Translations under genes and position numbers: made by a program
NCBI GenBank assembly: GCA_905205195.1
Contig: CAJLCS010000001.1
Span: forward strand, 3,523 to 67,522
Source of the DNA: an uncultured Eubacteriales bacterium
Lineage (GTDB): Bacteria > Bacillota > Clostridia > Oscillospirales > Oscillospiraceae
Length of the DNA: 64,000 bases
Reading direction: 5' to 3'
The notes under the pieces: generated by a model
Seen by the model: only the letters and a program-made list of their open reading frames with translations
Told to the model about the DNA's origin: nothing
Database searches by the model: none
Part shown: one piece after another, positions 1 to 9,946 of the stretch
Numbering within the stretch: position 1 is the first letter of the stretch
How the letters are laid out: the number at the start of each line of letters is the position of its first letter

Positions 1-1
1 C

Positions 2-631
2 CAGTTCGTCAACATCCGGGTGGAGGGCTGCTATCTGCGCCGCCCCCTGTCCGTCTGCGACTGGGACGCGGGGACGCTGACGCTGATTTATAAGGTGGTG
101 GGCAAGGGCACCGCCCATCTGGCCGCCATGATGCCGGGCCAGACGCTGGATCTGCTGATTGCCCTTGGAAACGGCTATGATCTGACGACCGCCGGGGACC
201 GTCCGCTGCTCATCGGCGGCGGCGCCGGGGTGCCGCCCATGTTCGGTCTGTGCAGGCGCCTGCTGGCGGAGGGACGGAAGCCCCGGGTGATTCTGGGCTT
301 CAACACCGCGTCGGAGGTTTTCTACGAGGACCGGTTCCTGGCGCTGGGGGCGGAGGTGACCGTCACCACCGCCGACGGCTCCTATGGCACGCCGGGCTTC
401 GTCACGGCGGCCATGGACGACGCGCCTTACACCTATTTTTATACCTGCGGTCCCATGCCCATGTTCCGGGCGGTGGACCGGGCCGCCCGGACAAGCGGCC
501 AGTTCAGCTTTGAGGAACGGATGGGCTGCGGCTTCGGCGCCTGCATGGGCTGCACCTGCAAGACCAAGTACGGCGCCAAACGGATATGCAAGGACGGTCC
601 GGTGCTGCGGAGGGAGGAGATCGTATGGTAG
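2..631 (+). CDS. pyrK: Dihydroorotate dehydrogenase electron transfer subunit (5'-truncated by window edge)
   Basis: LRRPLS FAD motif, GGGAGVPP, TCGPMPM, and the CGFGACMGC..ICKDGP 2Fe-2S motif; frame is open from base 2; directly upstream of pyrD. Confidence 0.95.
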   Translation, partial: QFVNIRVEGCYLRRPLSVCDWDAGTLTLIYKVVGKGTAHLAAMMPGQTLDLLIALGNGYDLTTAGDRPLLIGGGAGVPPMFGLCRRLLAEGRKPRVILGFNTASEVFYEDRFLALGAEVTVTTADGSYGTPGFVTAAMDDAPYTYFYTCGPMPMFRAVDRAARTSGQFSFEERMGCGFGACMGCTCKTKYGAKRICKDGPVLRREEIVW

Positions 632-1536
632 ATACCCGCGTCAATCTGTGCGGCATTCCGCTGGACAATCCGGTGATTCCCGCCAGCGGCACCTTCGGCT
701 ACGGCGCGGAGTTTGCGGCGCTGTATGATCTGGACTGCCTCGGCTCCATTTCCTTCAAGGGGACCACGCCGGAGCCGCGGTTCGGCAACCCGGCCCCCCG
801 GATTGCCGAATGCCCGGAGGGATTGCTCAACGCGGTGGGCTTGCAGAATCCCGGCGTGGAGGCGGTGTGCGAAAAAGAGCTGCCCGCCCTGCGGCAGCGG
901 TTCCACAAGCCGGTGATGGCCAATGTCAGCGGATTTTCCGTGGAGGATTATGTGAAAACCGTCGCCCGGCTGGACCGGGAGGAAGGCATCGGCTGGTTTG
1001 AAATCAACATTTCCTGCCCCAATGTCCACGGCGGCGGTCTGGCCTTCGGCACCAGCCCGGAAAACGCGGCGGCGGTGACGAAAGCCGTCCGGGCCGTGAC
1101 GAAAAAGCCGGTGATCCTGAAGCTGTCGCCCAACGTGACGGACATTGCCGCCATTGCCAGGGCCTGCGAGGAGGCGGGCGCCGACGGCGTGTCGCTGATC
1201 AATACCCTGCTGGGAATGCGGATCGACCTGAAAACGAGAAAGCCGCTGCTGGCCAACAAAACCGGCGGCCTGTCCGGCCCGGCGGTGAAGCCGGTGGCCG
1301 TGCGGATGATTTATCAGGTGTATGAAGCGGTGTCCATCCCCATTGTGGGTATGGGCGGCGTCTCCACGGCGGAGGACGTGGTGGAGCTGATGCTGGCCGG
1401 CGCCACGGCGGTGGAGGTAGGAGCCGCCAATCTGGTAAATCCCTACGCCTGCATGGAAATTGTCCGGGATCTGCCCCGGGTGATGGAAGCATATCGAATC
1501 GAAAAACTGACGGACCTGATAGGAGGAGCGCACTGA
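625..1536 (+). CDS. pyrD: Dihydroorotate dehydrogenase class 1B catalytic subunit
   Basis: NPVIPASGTFG, NAVGLQNPG, EINISCPN, KLSPN, GGLSGPAVKP; ATG 625 follows GGAGGAG. Confidence 0.96.
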   Translation: MVDTRVNLCGIPLDNPVIPASGTFGYGAEFAALYDLDCLGSISFKGTTPEPRFGNPAPRIAECPEGLLNAVGLQNPGVEAVCEKELPALRQRFHKPVMANVSGFSVEDYVKTVARLDREEGIGWFEINISCPNVHGGGLAFGTSPENAAAVTKAVRAVTKKPVILKLSPNVTDIAAIARACEEAGADGVSLINTLLGMRIDLKTRKPLLANKTGGLSGPAVKPVAVRMIYQVYEAVSIPIVGMGGVSTAEDVVELMLAGATAVEVGAANLVNPYACMEIVRDLPRVMEAYRIEKLTDLIGGAH

Positions 1537-2240
1537 TGGGAAAAGACGTAATCATCGCCTGCGATTTTGCGGGCCGGGAGGACTGCCTGCATTTTCTGGA
1601 CCGGTTTACCGGGGAGAAGCCCTTTGTGAAAATCGGCATGGAGCTGTTTTATGCGGAGGGCCCTCAGATTGTCCGGGAGATCAAGGCCCGGGGCCACCGG
1701 ATTTTTCTGGACCTGAAGCTCCATGACATTCCCAACACCGTAAAAAAATCCATGGCGGTGCTGTCCCGGCTGGACGTGGACCTGTGCAATCTCCACGCGG
1801 CGGGCACCCGGGCCATGATGGAGGCGGCGCTGGAGGGCCTGACCCGGCCAGACGGCACCCGGCCGCTGCTCATCGCCGTGACCCAGCTGACCTCCACCGG
1901 GGAGGACGCCATGCACAGCCAGCTGCTGATCCCCGGCCGGATGGAGGACGTGGTGATGCACTACGCCGAAAACGCGAAGCTGGCCGGGCTGGACGGCGTG
2001 GTCTGCTCGCCGCTGGAGGCGGCGGCGGTTCATGAGGCCTGCGGCAAGAGCTTTCTGACGGTAACGCCGGGCATCCGGTTTGCCGACGGCGACAAGGGCG
2101 ATCAGACCCGGGTGACCACTCCGGCCAAGGCCCGGGAAATCGGCAGTGATTATATTGTGGTGGGCCGCCCCATTACGGCGGCGGCGGACCCCGTGGCGGC
2201 TTACCGGCGCTGCGTGGCGGAATTTGTGAAGGGAGAATGA
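1536..2240 (+). CDS. pyrF: Orotidine-5'-phosphate decarboxylase
   Basis: FLDLKLHDIPNTV signature, VTPGIR, IVVGRPIT. Confidence 0.97.
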   Translation: MGKDVIIACDFAGREDCLHFLDRFTGEKPFVKIGMELFYAEGPQIVREIKARGHRIFLDLKLHDIPNTVKKSMAVLSRLDVDLCNLHAAGTRAMMEAALEGLTRPDGTRPLLIAVTQLTSTGEDAMHSQLLIPGRMEDVVMHYAENAKLAGLDGVVCSPLEAAAVHEACGKSFLTVTPGIRFADGDKGDQTRVTTPAKAREIGSDYIVVGRPITAAADPVAAYRRCVAEFVKGE

Positions 2241-2243
2241 CAC

Positions 2244-2888
2244 ATGGAAACGCGGGAACGAATTGCACAGGATCTTCTGAAAATCAAGGCGGTTTTTCTC
2301 CGGCCCCAGGAGCCGTTTACCTGGGCCAGCGGCATTAAAAGCCCCATTTACTGTGACAACCGGCTAACGCTGACGGCGCCGGAGGTCCGTGACGACGTGG
2401 AAAAGGCGCTGGCGGAGGTGGTGCGGACGGCTTACCCCGAAGCGGAGGTGCTGATGGGAACCTCCACCGCCGGAATCGCCCACGCGGCCATTACGGCCTA
2501 CCTGCTGGGAATGCCCATGGGTTATGTCCGCTCCGGCAATAAGGACCACGGCCGCCAGAACCGGATCGAGGGCAAGCTGGAGCCGGGGCAGAAGGTGGTT
2601 ATCATCGAGGACCTGATTTCCACCGGCGGCAGCGTGCTGGAGGTGGCCGATGCCCTGCGGGAAGCGGGGGCGGAGGTGCTGGGCATTGCGTCCATTTTCA
2701 CTTACGGGATGCAGAAAGGGCTGGACCGTCTGGCGGCGGCCAACCTGAAAAACATCAGCCTGACGGATTTTGACTGCATCATCGATGTGGCGGCGGAGCA
2801 GGGCTACATCCGGTCTGAGGACCGGCAGCGGCTGCTGGCCTTCCGGAATCATCCCGACGACGAGAGCTGGATCGGAGGCGCCCGATGA
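2244..2888 (+). CDS. pyrE: Orotate phosphoribosyltransferase
   Basis: [16 protein letters not shown] and the [17 protein letters not shown] motif. Confidence 0.96.
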   Translation: METRERIAQDLLKIKAVFLRPQEPFTWASGIKSPIYCDNRLTLTAPEVRDDVEKALAEVVRTAYPEAEVLMGTSTAGIAHAAITAYLLGMPMGYVRSGNKDHGRQNRIEGKLEPGQKVVIIEDLISTGGSVLEVADALREAGAEVLGIASIFTYGMQKGLDRLAAANLKNISLTDFDCIIDVAAEQGYIRSEDRQRLLAFRNHPDDESWIGGAR

Positions 2889-3793
2889 GAAGCCTGATCG
2901 ACATTGCGGAGTTGACCACCGGAGAAATCGACGAGCTGATTGCCACGGCCAACGACATCATTGCCCACCCGGAGGCCTACCGGGAAAAATGCCGGGGCAA
3001 GAAGCTGGCGACGCTGTTTTTTGAGCCGTCCACCCGGACCAGACTGAGCTTTGAAGCGGCCATGTATGAGCTGGGCGGCAACGTGCTGGGCTTTTCCGAG
3101 GCGAAAAGCTCCTCCGCCTCCAAGGGCGAAAGCGTGGCCGACACGGCCAGAGTCGTGTCCTGCTACGCCGACATCATCGCCATGCGCCATCCCAAGGAGG
3201 GTGCTCCGCTGGTCGCGGCCCGGAACGCCTCCGTGCCTGTGATCAACGCGGGAGACGGCGGCCACTGCCATCCTACCCAGACGCTGGCGGACCTGCTGAC
3301 CATTTACCGGGAAAAGGGCGGCTTTGAAAACCTGACCGTGGGCCTGTGCGGCGACCTGAAGTTCGGCCGGACGGTCCATTCCCTGATTGCGGCTCTGTCC
3401 CGGTATGCGGGCGTCCGGTTTGTGCTGATTTCCCCGGAGGAACTGATGCTGCCGGACTATGTGAAGGACAAAATGAACCGGGACGGCATCCCCTACACCG
3501 AAACCCGGAGCCTGGAGGACGTTATTGGCACGCTGGATATCCTGTATATGACCCGGGTGCAGCAGGAGCGCTTTTTCAATGAGGAAGACTATCTGCGGCT
3601 GAAGGACAGCTATATTCTCACACCGGAGAAGATGCGTCTGGCCGGCGAAAAGCTGCGGGTGCTCCATCCGCTGCCCCGGGTGAACGAAATCAGCGTGGCG
3701 GTGGACGACGATCCCCGGGCGTGCTATTTCAAGCAGGTGCTTTACGGCAAATATATGCGGATGGCCCTGATTCTCAAGCTGCTGGAGGTGTAA
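2885..3793 (+). CDS. pyrB: Aspartate carbamoyltransferase catalytic chain
   Basis: [21 protein letters not shown] motifs. Confidence 0.97.
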   Translation: MRSLIDIAELTTGEIDELIATANDIIAHPEAYREKCRGKKLATLFFEPSTRTRLSFEAAMYELGGNVLGFSEAKSSSASKGESVADTARVVSCYADIIAMRHPKEGAPLVAARNASVPVINAGDGGHCHPTQTLADLLTIYREKGGFENLTVGLCGDLKFGRTVHSLIAALSRYAGVRFVLISPEELMLPDYVKDKMNRDGIPYTETRSLEDVIGTLDILYMTRVQQERFFNEEDYLRLKDSYILTPEKMRLAGEKLRVLHPLPRVNEISVAVDDDPRACYFKQVLYGKYMRMALILKLLEV

Positions 3794-3797
3794 GCGT

Positions 3798-4229
3798 ATG
3801 AACATCGATTCGATTCGCAACGGCATTGTCATCGATCACATCGCGGCCGGGAAGGGCATGACGCTCTACCGCCTGCTGGGGCTGGACGATCTGGAATGCT
3901 CCGTGGCGCTGATCAAAAACGTTTCCAGCCGGAAGATGGGGAAAAAAGACATCATCAAAATCGACTCCGATTTCGACGTGGACACGGCCATTCTGGGGTA
4001 TGTGGACCCGGATGTAACCGTCAACGTGATCCGGGAGGGAAAAATCACGGAGAAGAAGGCCATCGGCCTGCCGGAGGAGCTGGTGAACGTGCTGACCTGC
4101 AAAAATCCCCGGTGCATCACCACCACGGAGCAGGAGCTGACCCAGATTTTCCGCCTGACCGACCGGACGCATCGGGTGTATCGGTGCCTGTACTGCGAAG
4201 CGGAGGCTGCGTCCTCCGGAACGGAATAA
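3798..4229 (+). CDS. pyrI: Aspartate carbamoyltransferase regulatory chain
   Basis: GIVIDHI, KKDIIKI, and CKNPRC...CLYC zinc ligands. Confidence 0.93.
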   Translation: MNIDSIRNGIVIDHIAAGKGMTLYRLLGLDDLECSVALIKNVSSRKMGKKDIIKIDSDFDVDTAILGYVDPDVTVNVIREGKITEKKAIGLPEELVNVLTCKNPRCITTTEQELTQIFRLTDRTHRVYRCLYCEAEAASSGTE

Positions 4230-4232
4230 CGG

Positions 4233-4267
4233 CTGCCGCCGGAGGAAGCTCCGGCGGCAGATTTTGT
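4233..4267 (+). terminator. Rho-independent terminator of the pyr operon
   Basis: CTGCCGCCGGAG-GAAG-CTCCGGCGGCAG perfect stem followed by ATTTTGT. Confidence 0.75.
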
Positions 4268-4316
4268 CTGCGGCGAAAAAACGGTGATTCTTTCCGTTGT
4301 TTCCCGGTGGAATCTG

Positions 4317-4325
4317 TGCTATAAT
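4317..4325 (+). promoter_or_regulatory. Extended -10 promoter element for the DnaD-like operon
   Basis: TGCTATAAT about 45 nt upstream of ATG 4370. Confidence 0.6.
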
Positions 4326-4369
4326 AGCAGAAAATCACGGATCGGAACGAAATTCCACAAGGAGCAACC

Positions 4370-5248
4370 ATGAATGCTGAAAAACTGACCATCGAGCAGA
4401 CGGATCTGCACAAGCTGCTGTCGGCAGCCAGCGGCGATGCGGCACTGCTGTACTTATATGTGCACGGCGGCAACCGGCCGGAAACGGCGGCGCAGGCGCT
4501 GCACCTGACGGAGGGGCGGTGCAGCTGCGCGGCGGCCACGCTGCGGCAGCTGGGCCTCTGGCCCGACGAGCGGCCCTGCCCCATTGCCCCGGGGGAGCGC
4601 CCGGCCTACTCCGAGCGGGATGTGATCGACGCCATGGACCGGGACGATTCCTTCCGGCTGCTCTACGGCGAGGTCCAGCGGCTGCTGGGCCGTAATCTCA
4701 ACACCGAGGAGCTGAAAATCCTGCTGGGCTTCGTCCGCTATCTGGGCCTGCCCACGGAGGTGATCTCTGTGCTGGTGTCCTACTGCAAGGAGCGGGCGCG
4801 GCAGCGGGGGAGCCTGCGTAATCCCAGCCTGCGGACCATCGAGAAGGAGGCCTACGCCTGGGCGGAGCAGGGCATCGATACGCTGGAGGAGGCGGCGGCC
4901 TACATCCAGACCCAGAACGTCCGCCATTCCCGGCTGTCCCGGCTGATGAATCTGCTCCAGATCCGGGGCCGGAGCCTGACGGCGGCGGAGGAAAAGTACG
5001 CCTCCGCCTGGCTGGACATGGATCTGGACGAGGAAGCCATCAAAATGGCCTACGAGCGGACCTGCCTGAATACCGGCGGCCTGAACTGGGCCTATATGAA
5101 TAAGATTCTGCTCCGCTGGCGGGATGCGGGCTTCCGGACCGGTGCCCAGATCCGCAGCGGCGACCGGAAGCCTGCGCCTCAGGGCGCCTCCGGCGAGCTG
5201 GGCGAAGCGGAGCTGGAAGCCATCGCAAAAGTGCTGCGGGAGGGATAA
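4370..5248 (+). CDS. DnaD/DnaB-domain replication protein
   Basis: Two DnaD-like helical repeats (LRTIEKEAYAWAEQGIDTLEEA; WAYMNKILLRWRDAG); adjacent to a DnaC-like ATPase. Confidence 0.85.
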   Translation: MNAEKLTIEQTDLHKLLSAASGDAALLYLYVHGGNRPETAAQALHLTEGRCSCAAATLRQLGLWPDERPCPIAPGERPAYSERDVIDAMDRDDSFRLLYGEVQRLLGRNLNTEELKILLGFVRYLGLPTEVISVLVSYCKERARQRGSLRNPSLRTIEKEAYAWAEQGIDTLEEAAAYIQTQNVRHSRLSRLMNLLQIRGRSLTAAEEKYASAWLDMDLDEEAIKMAYERTCLNTGGLNWAYMNKILLRWRDAGFRTGAQIRSGDRKPAPQGASGELGEAELEAIAKVLREG

Positions 5249-5251
5249 CAA

Positions 5252-6235
5252 GTGGCATACAGTGCGGAAGTGGTTCAGCGGGCGAGAGCAAGACTTGCCC
5301 AGGAACGGGCCGACCGGGAGTCGGAAAATCAGGAGCATCTGGCCCGGGCCTACGCCAAGGTCCCCCGGCTCCGGGAAATCGACCGGCAGCTGCGCCGGAC
5401 CATGGTGCTGGCGGTCCAGTCCGTTTTTTCCGACGGCGGCGACACGGTCGAGGCCATGAACCGGGCCAAGGAGGCAAATCTGGCCCTCCAGCGGGAGCGG
5501 GCCAACCTGATTGCGGCCAATTTTGAGGAGGGGTATCTGGACGACAACCCCACCTGCACCATCTGCGGCGGCAGCGGCTACATCGGCAGCCGGATGTGCG
5601 AGTGCCTGCGGGAGCTTTGCCGTCAGGAGCAGCGCAAGGAGCTGAACAATCTCATCGGCGGCAAGGAGAGCTTCAGTCAGTTCCGGCTGGATTACTATTC
5701 CGACCAGTTCGATGCCCGGTATCACACCAGCCCCCGGGCGCTGATGGAGAAGAATTTCCAGATCTGCCGCCGCTACGCCTCCGGCTTTGCCCCAAGCTCT
5801 GGCAATCTGCTGTTTATCGGCGGCACGGGGCTGGGCAAGACCTTCCTGTCGGCCTGCATTGCCCGGGTGGTGTCCGACCGGGGGTACTCCGTGTGCTACG
5901 AAAGCGCCCCCCGGCTGTTTTCCCTTCTGGAGCGGGCCCGGTTTTCCGGTGACGAAAACGCCCGGCGGGATGCGGCCCGGCTGTCGGACTGCGACCTGCT
6001 GATTATCGACGATCTGGGCACGGAAATGCCGGGCCAGTTCGTCACGGCGGCGCTTTACAGCCTGATGAACGACCGGCTGCTGGGGGAGAAGCCCATGGTG
6101 ATCTCCACCAACCTGAACGTGGACGAGCTGGGCAAGCGCTATTCGCCCCAAATTGCCTCCCGGCTCCATGGCAATTTCCAGCGGCTGACCTTTGTGGGGG
6201 ACGATATCCGCGTGATGATGAATCGGAGAAGCTGA
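5252..6235 (+). CDS. DnaC/DnaI-like (IstB family) helicase-loader ATPase
   Basis: CTICGGSG...CEC zinc motif, GGTGLGKT Walker A, LLIIDDLG Walker B, ISTNL; GTG start. Confidence 0.87.
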   Translation: MAYSAEVVQRARARLAQERADRESENQEHLARAYAKVPRLREIDRQLRRTMVLAVQSVFSDGGDTVEAMNRAKEANLALQRERANLIAANFEEGYLDDNPTCTICGGSGYIGSRMCECLRELCRQEQRKELNNLIGGKESFSQFRLDYYSDQFDARYHTSPRALMEKNFQICRRYASGFAPSSGNLLFIGGTGLGKTFLSACIARVVSDRGYSVCYESAPRLFSLLERARFSGDENARRDAARLSDCDLLIIDDLGTEMPGQFVTAALYSLMNDRLLGEKPMVISTNLNVDELGKRYSPQIASRLHGNFQRLTFVGDDIRVMMNRRS

Positions 6236-6236
6236 G

Positions 6237-6884
6237 ATGAAAACGGCAATTTTATTTGATCTGGACGGCACCCTCTTAAATACGCTGGAGGACCTGACCG
6301 ACGCCACCAACGCGGTGCTGGCCATGTTCGGCTACCCACCCCGGACGACGGAGGAGGTCCGCCGGTTCGTCGGCAACGGTGCATGGCACCAGATTCGCAT
6401 GGCGGTGCCGGAAACGGCGGACGATACGGCGGCGGAGCAGGTGCTGGCGGCCTACAAGCCCTATTACAACAGCCATTGCACCGCCAAAACCAGGCCCTAC
6501 GACGGCATTCCGGCGGCGCTGGAGGAGCTGAAGCGGGAATTTGTGCCCGCCATTGTGTCCAACAAGCCAGACCCTACGGCCAAGGCCCTGTGCGCCCGGT
6601 GGTTCCCGGGGATTACCGCCCGGGGCGAGGCGGCGGACTGCCCCCGGAAGCCCGCGCCGGACATGGTGAGAAAAACGCTGGCGGGTCTGGGCGCGGACCG
6701 CTGCATTTACGTCGGCGACAGCGAGGTGGACGTGGCCACGGCGAAAAACGCCGGGGTGCCCTGCCTGTCGGTGCTCTGGGGGTTCCGAACCCGGCAGGAG
6801 CTGGCGCAGGCCGGGGCGACCCGGTTCTGCCCGTCGCCGGAGCAGCTGCCGGACATGCTCCGGGCGCTGGCGTCCACCCTGTGA
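6237..6884 (+). CDS. HAD family hydrolase (phosphoglycolate phosphatase-like)
   Basis: FDLDGTL, SNK, KPAP, YVGDSEVD motifs. Confidence 0.9.
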   Translation: MKTAILFDLDGTLLNTLEDLTDATNAVLAMFGYPPRTTEEVRRFVGNGAWHQIRMAVPETADDTAAEQVLAAYKPYYNSHCTAKTRPYDGIPAALEELKREFVPAIVSNKPDPTAKALCARWFPGITARGEAADCPRKPAPDMVRKTLAGLGADRCIYVGDSEVDVATAKNAGVPCLSVLWGFRTRQELAQAGATRFCPSPEQLPDMLRALASTL

Positions 6885-6893
6885 GGCAGCGCC

Positions 6894-7484
6894 ATGGCCA
6901 ATGAATTTTACGCGCTGCTCAGCCGGATGCGGTATATCACCCGCTGGGGGCTGATGCGAAACACCTTTTCCGAGAACATTCAGGAGCACAGCCATCAGGT
7001 GGCGGTGCTGGCCCACGCGCTGGCGCTGATCCGCCGGGACATTCTGCATCTGCCCGGGCCGGACCCGGACAAGTGCGCCACGGCGGCGCTGTACCACGAC
7101 GCGTCGGAAATTCTCACCGGCGACCTGCCGACGCCCATCAAGTACTACGACCCTGCCATTCAGGACGCCTACAAGCGGGTGGAGCATCTGGCAGGGGAGA
7201 AGCTGCTGGATATGCTGCCTGCGGCGCTGCGGCCCAGCTATGAGCATCTGGTGCTGGAGGACGACCCGGACGTGACGCCGGTGGTGAAGGCGGCGGACAA
7301 GCTGTCGGCCTACCTCAAATGCGTGGAGGAGCAGAAAAGCGGCAACGCGGAGTTCGACTCCGCCGCCCGGCAGACGCTGGCGGCGCTGCGGGCGCTGGAC
7401 CGGCCGGAGCTGAACTGGTTTCTGGAGGAGTGCCTGCCTGCTTTTTCCTGCGATCTGGACGAATTGCAGAAGCTGGGGGATTGA
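6894..7484 (+). CDS. yfbR: HD-domain 5'-deoxynucleotidase
   Basis: RMRYITRWGLMRN, ENIQEHS, YHDASEILTGDLPTPIKY, KAADKLSAYLKC. Confidence 0.88.
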   Translation: MANEFYALLSRMRYITRWGLMRNTFSENIQEHSHQVAVLAHALALIRRDILHLPGPDPDKCATAALYHDASEILTGDLPTPIKYYDPAIQDAYKRVEHLAGEKLLDMLPAALRPSYEHLVLEDDPDVTPVVKAADKLSAYLKCVEEQKSGNAEFDSAARQTLAALRALDRPELNWFLEECLPAFSCDLDELQKLGD

Positions 7485-7508
7485 CATTTCCTTCCGCTTG
7501 TGTAAAAT
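7481..7508 (+). promoter_or_regulatory. Sigma-70/SigA promoter for the GH29-like gene
   Basis: TTGACA-N16-TAAAAT overlapping the yfbR stop codon. Confidence 0.6.
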
Positions 7509-7544
7509 GGTGGTATCCATACAAGAATTCGGGAGGTTACCGCC

Positions 7545-8471
7545 ATGAATCAGGCACAGGACCGCATCTACGCGCGGCGCTTCGGCGTCTTCAATCACTT
7601 CCTTTACAGCTGCTGCTGCCGGTTGGACCGGCCGACGCAAGTGGAAAACAGCAAAATCTGGAACGATCTGGTGGACGGCTTCGACGTGGAGCGGGTGGCG
7701 AAAGACCTGCACGATGTGGGAGCGGGCTACTACTGCATCACGCTGATGCAGGGCCGGAAATATCTGCTGGCCCCCAACGCAGCCTACGACGCCATCGTCG
7801 GTGCCGAACCCGGGGTGCTCTGCGCCCGGCGGGATCTGGTGGCCGATCTGGCCCGGGCGCTGGCGGCCTACGACATCGACCTTTATCTCTATTTCACCGG
7901 CGACGGTCCCTACAAGGACGCGGACGCTAACGAAAAGTTCGGCTTTCCGGAAAATCAGAAGAACGTCCCCCTGTCCTTCAGCGAAAAATGGGCGTCGGTG
8001 CTGCGGGAGTACGCCGTCCGCTACGGCGACCGGGTTAAGGGCTGGTGGATCGACGGCTGCTACGACTTTTTCGGCTACGATCAGGAAAAGCTGCGCCCCT
8101 ATTACCGGGCCATCAAGGAGGGCAACCCCAACGCCATGTCTGCCATGAACAACGGCGTCAAAGAGGACGGGCTGCACAAGTGGTTCGAGGGGGACGAGCT
8201 GACCTGCGGCGAATGCAACGATTTCACGGTCATCCCCCCGTCCCGGGACATTGAAGGCGCCCAGGCTCATATTCTGGCGCCGCTGGGTCTGTCGCCGGAC
8301 GGCAGCGTCTGGGGCCACTGGAATCAGCCCGGCTGCCAGATTCCCGGCCGGGAGCTGGCGGCGTACGCCCACCGGCTCCACGATGCCGGCGGCGTGCTGA
8401 CGGTGGACATCCGGATCAACCCGGATTCCACCTTTGACCCGGCCCAGCTGGAGGCCCTGAGCATGATTTGA
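7545..8471 (+). CDS. GH29-like (alpha-L-fucosidase-like) TIM-barrel glycoside hydrolase, cytoplasmic
   Basis: FGVFNHF, GAGYYCIT, RDLVADLARAL, YGDRVKGWWIDG resemble the GH29 core; no signal peptide. Confidence 0.6.
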   Translation: MNQAQDRIYARRFGVFNHFLYSCCCRLDRPTQVENSKIWNDLVDGFDVERVAKDLHDVGAGYYCITLMQGRKYLLAPNAAYDAIVGAEPGVLCARRDLVADLARALAAYDIDLYLYFTGDGPYKDADANEKFGFPENQKNVPLSFSEKWASVLREYAVRYGDRVKGWWIDGCYDFFGYDQEKLRPYYRAIKEGNPNAMSAMNNGVKEDGLHKWFEGDELTCGECNDFTVIPPSRDIEGAQAHILAPLGLSPDGSVWGHWNQPGCQIPGRELAAYAHRLHDAGGVLTVDIRINPDSTFDPAQLEALSMI

Positions 8472-8474
8472 ATG

Positions 8475-8514
8475 ATCCCGCCGGTTCGGAGGCTCCGAAC
8501 CGGCGGGATTTTCT
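8475..8514 (+). terminator. Rho-independent terminator
   Basis: ATCCCGCCGGTTCGGAG / CTCCGAACCGGCGGGAT long stem plus T tract. Confidence 0.8.
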
Positions 8515-8706
8515 GTTTGGTGGGGAAAAGGGGCGAAAAGGCCCCAAATTTTGAGCAATATGTACAAAATTCGCGGGTATTTTTGCAGTCTGATCTTAAA
8601 AATGACGTATAAATGTTAAAATATTGCGTGTGGCTTCCGACAGGATTTACTATCATAATGCCAACGTCACCAAGCGTGACAAAAAATTTGAAAGGAAGTT
8701 ACACCT

Positions 8707-9172
8707 ATGAAGAAGATCAAAGCGCTTGCTCTGCTGCTGGCCGTGGTCATGGTCATCGGCCTGATGTTGCCGGTTTTCCTGGCGGCCATCAACTGCGAAA
8801 CCACCGTCTTCCGGGGCGGCTTCCGGACCGTCGGCCAGCTGCCCGGCATTATGCCCACCATCGCCGTCTATCTGATTCTGTCCTTCTTCTTCCGCAAGGA
8901 CGCCATGGACGTGCTGAACGTTCTGTTTGCACAAATCGGTCTCGGACCGTTTCATCGGCACCTGGTCCGATTTCCTGATGCCCTATCTGTGTCTGGCCAA
9001 CACCGGCCACGAGACCGTCATGGTCCGGCTGTTCCAGAATACCGGCGGCTCTGCCAGCCAGATGCTGCAGCTGCGGATTGCGCTGTTTTCCGTGCTGCCG
9101 CCCATTCTGGTGTTCGCCATCTTCCAGAAGTACATCAGCAACAACAACGCCAACGCAGGCGTCAAGGGCTAA
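8707..9172 (+). pseudogene. Collapsed carbohydrate ABC importer remnant (SBP leader + permease 1 fragment + permease 2 C-terminus)
   Basis: MKKIKALALLLAVVMVIGL leader after an RBS; FRTVGQLPGIMPTIAVYLI...VLNVLF permease-like middle; second frame WSDFLMPYL...PILVFAIFQKYI...AGVKG-stop typical of permease C-termini. Confidence 0.7.
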
Positions 9173-9181
9173 ACGCACAGG

Positions 9182-9218
9182 CCCCCTCCGGTTTTTCCTC
9201 CCGGAGGGGGTATTTTTC
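9182..9218. terminator. Terminator between convergent genes
   Basis: CCCCCTCCGG-loop-CCGGAGGGGG followed by TATTTTTT. Confidence 0.7.
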
Positions 9219-9220
9219 GG

Positions 9221-9946
9221 TTAGACGGCGCTATGACCGGCCCGCCAGCGCTCTCCCAGCCCGATATCGTTGAGCAGGACGCCGTCGGCCCCCAGCGCGG
9301 ACAGCCGGTCCAGAGAGGTCATGCTGCCGTTCATGCCGGTGTCCGGCTGACTGGCCATAATCCACACCTCCGTCCCGGGGCAGGCGGCCCGGACGTCCGC
9401 AGGCGTGATTCGGTCCAGCCAGTGCTCCCACAGCCGCAGAATCCCGGCGCCGCTCATGGCGTAGGCCCGGGCGATTTCCAGCTGCTCGTCCCGATTGCCG
9501 TCGCCTTCCATAAATGCCAGAATCCGTTCCGGCAGGAAGGCGGACCGGGCGTTTTCGGCAAGCTGCCCGGTGGTGACGCCGCAGAGAAACGGCGTTTCGG
9601 CGCATGCCAGCCGGGAGAAGAAGGCACGGTCCGCGTCGGGCAGGTAAAGATGCAGCAGAATGGGGCACCGGCCCCGGTAGGCGGACAGGTCCTCCAGCGT
9701 CAGCAGCGTTTTCCCGGCGGAGCGGAGCAGGTCCTGCATCTGCGGCAGCGTCAGCGAGTCAACGGGCCGGTCCACACCGGCCATCCGGGTCAGGTCCGGG
9801 TCGTGAAAGATGACGTACCGGCCGTCGGCGGTCTGCCGGACGTCGCATTCCACGGCGTCGGCCCCCCGGCGGGCGCCGCATTCCAGACTTTCCAGCGTAT
9901 TTTCGGGCGCTTCCAGCGAGGCGCCACGGTGGGCAATGAGTTTCAT
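9221..9946 (-). CDS. Glycerophosphodiester phosphodiesterase family protein
   Basis: IAHRGAS..APENTL, ECDVRQTADG, IFHD; AGGAGG RBS before the ATG at 9946. Confidence 0.88.
   Translation of the reverse strand: MKLIAHRGASLEAPENTLESLECGARRGADAVECDVRQTADGRYVIFHDPDLTRMAGVDRPVDSLTLPQMQDLLRSAGKTLLTLEDLSAYRGRCPILLHLYLPDADRAFFSRLACAETPFLCGVTTGQLAENARSAFLPERILAFMEGDGNRDEQLEIARAYAMSGAGILRLWEHWLDRITPADVRAACPGTEVWIMASQPDTGMNGSMTSLDRLSALGADGVLLNDIGLGERWRAGHSAV

Noticed and set aside
1..4229. Missing pyrC and carAB in the pyr operon
   Set aside because: The operon is cut by the window edge, so absence cannot be judged
4351..4359. Possible DnaA box (AATTCCACA) upstream of the DnaD-like gene
   Set aside because: Two mismatches to consensus and a single copy; too weak to report
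4370..6235. DnaD/DnaC-like pair as a phage or IS21 replication module
   Set aside because: Co-transcribed with housekeeping HAD and yfbR genes, with no transposase or phage neighbours; this arrangement is ordinary for Clostridia
8707..9273. 188-aa ORF as an intact gene
   Set aside because: It is chimeric, and its 3' part reads out of frame through a permease fragment and a terminator
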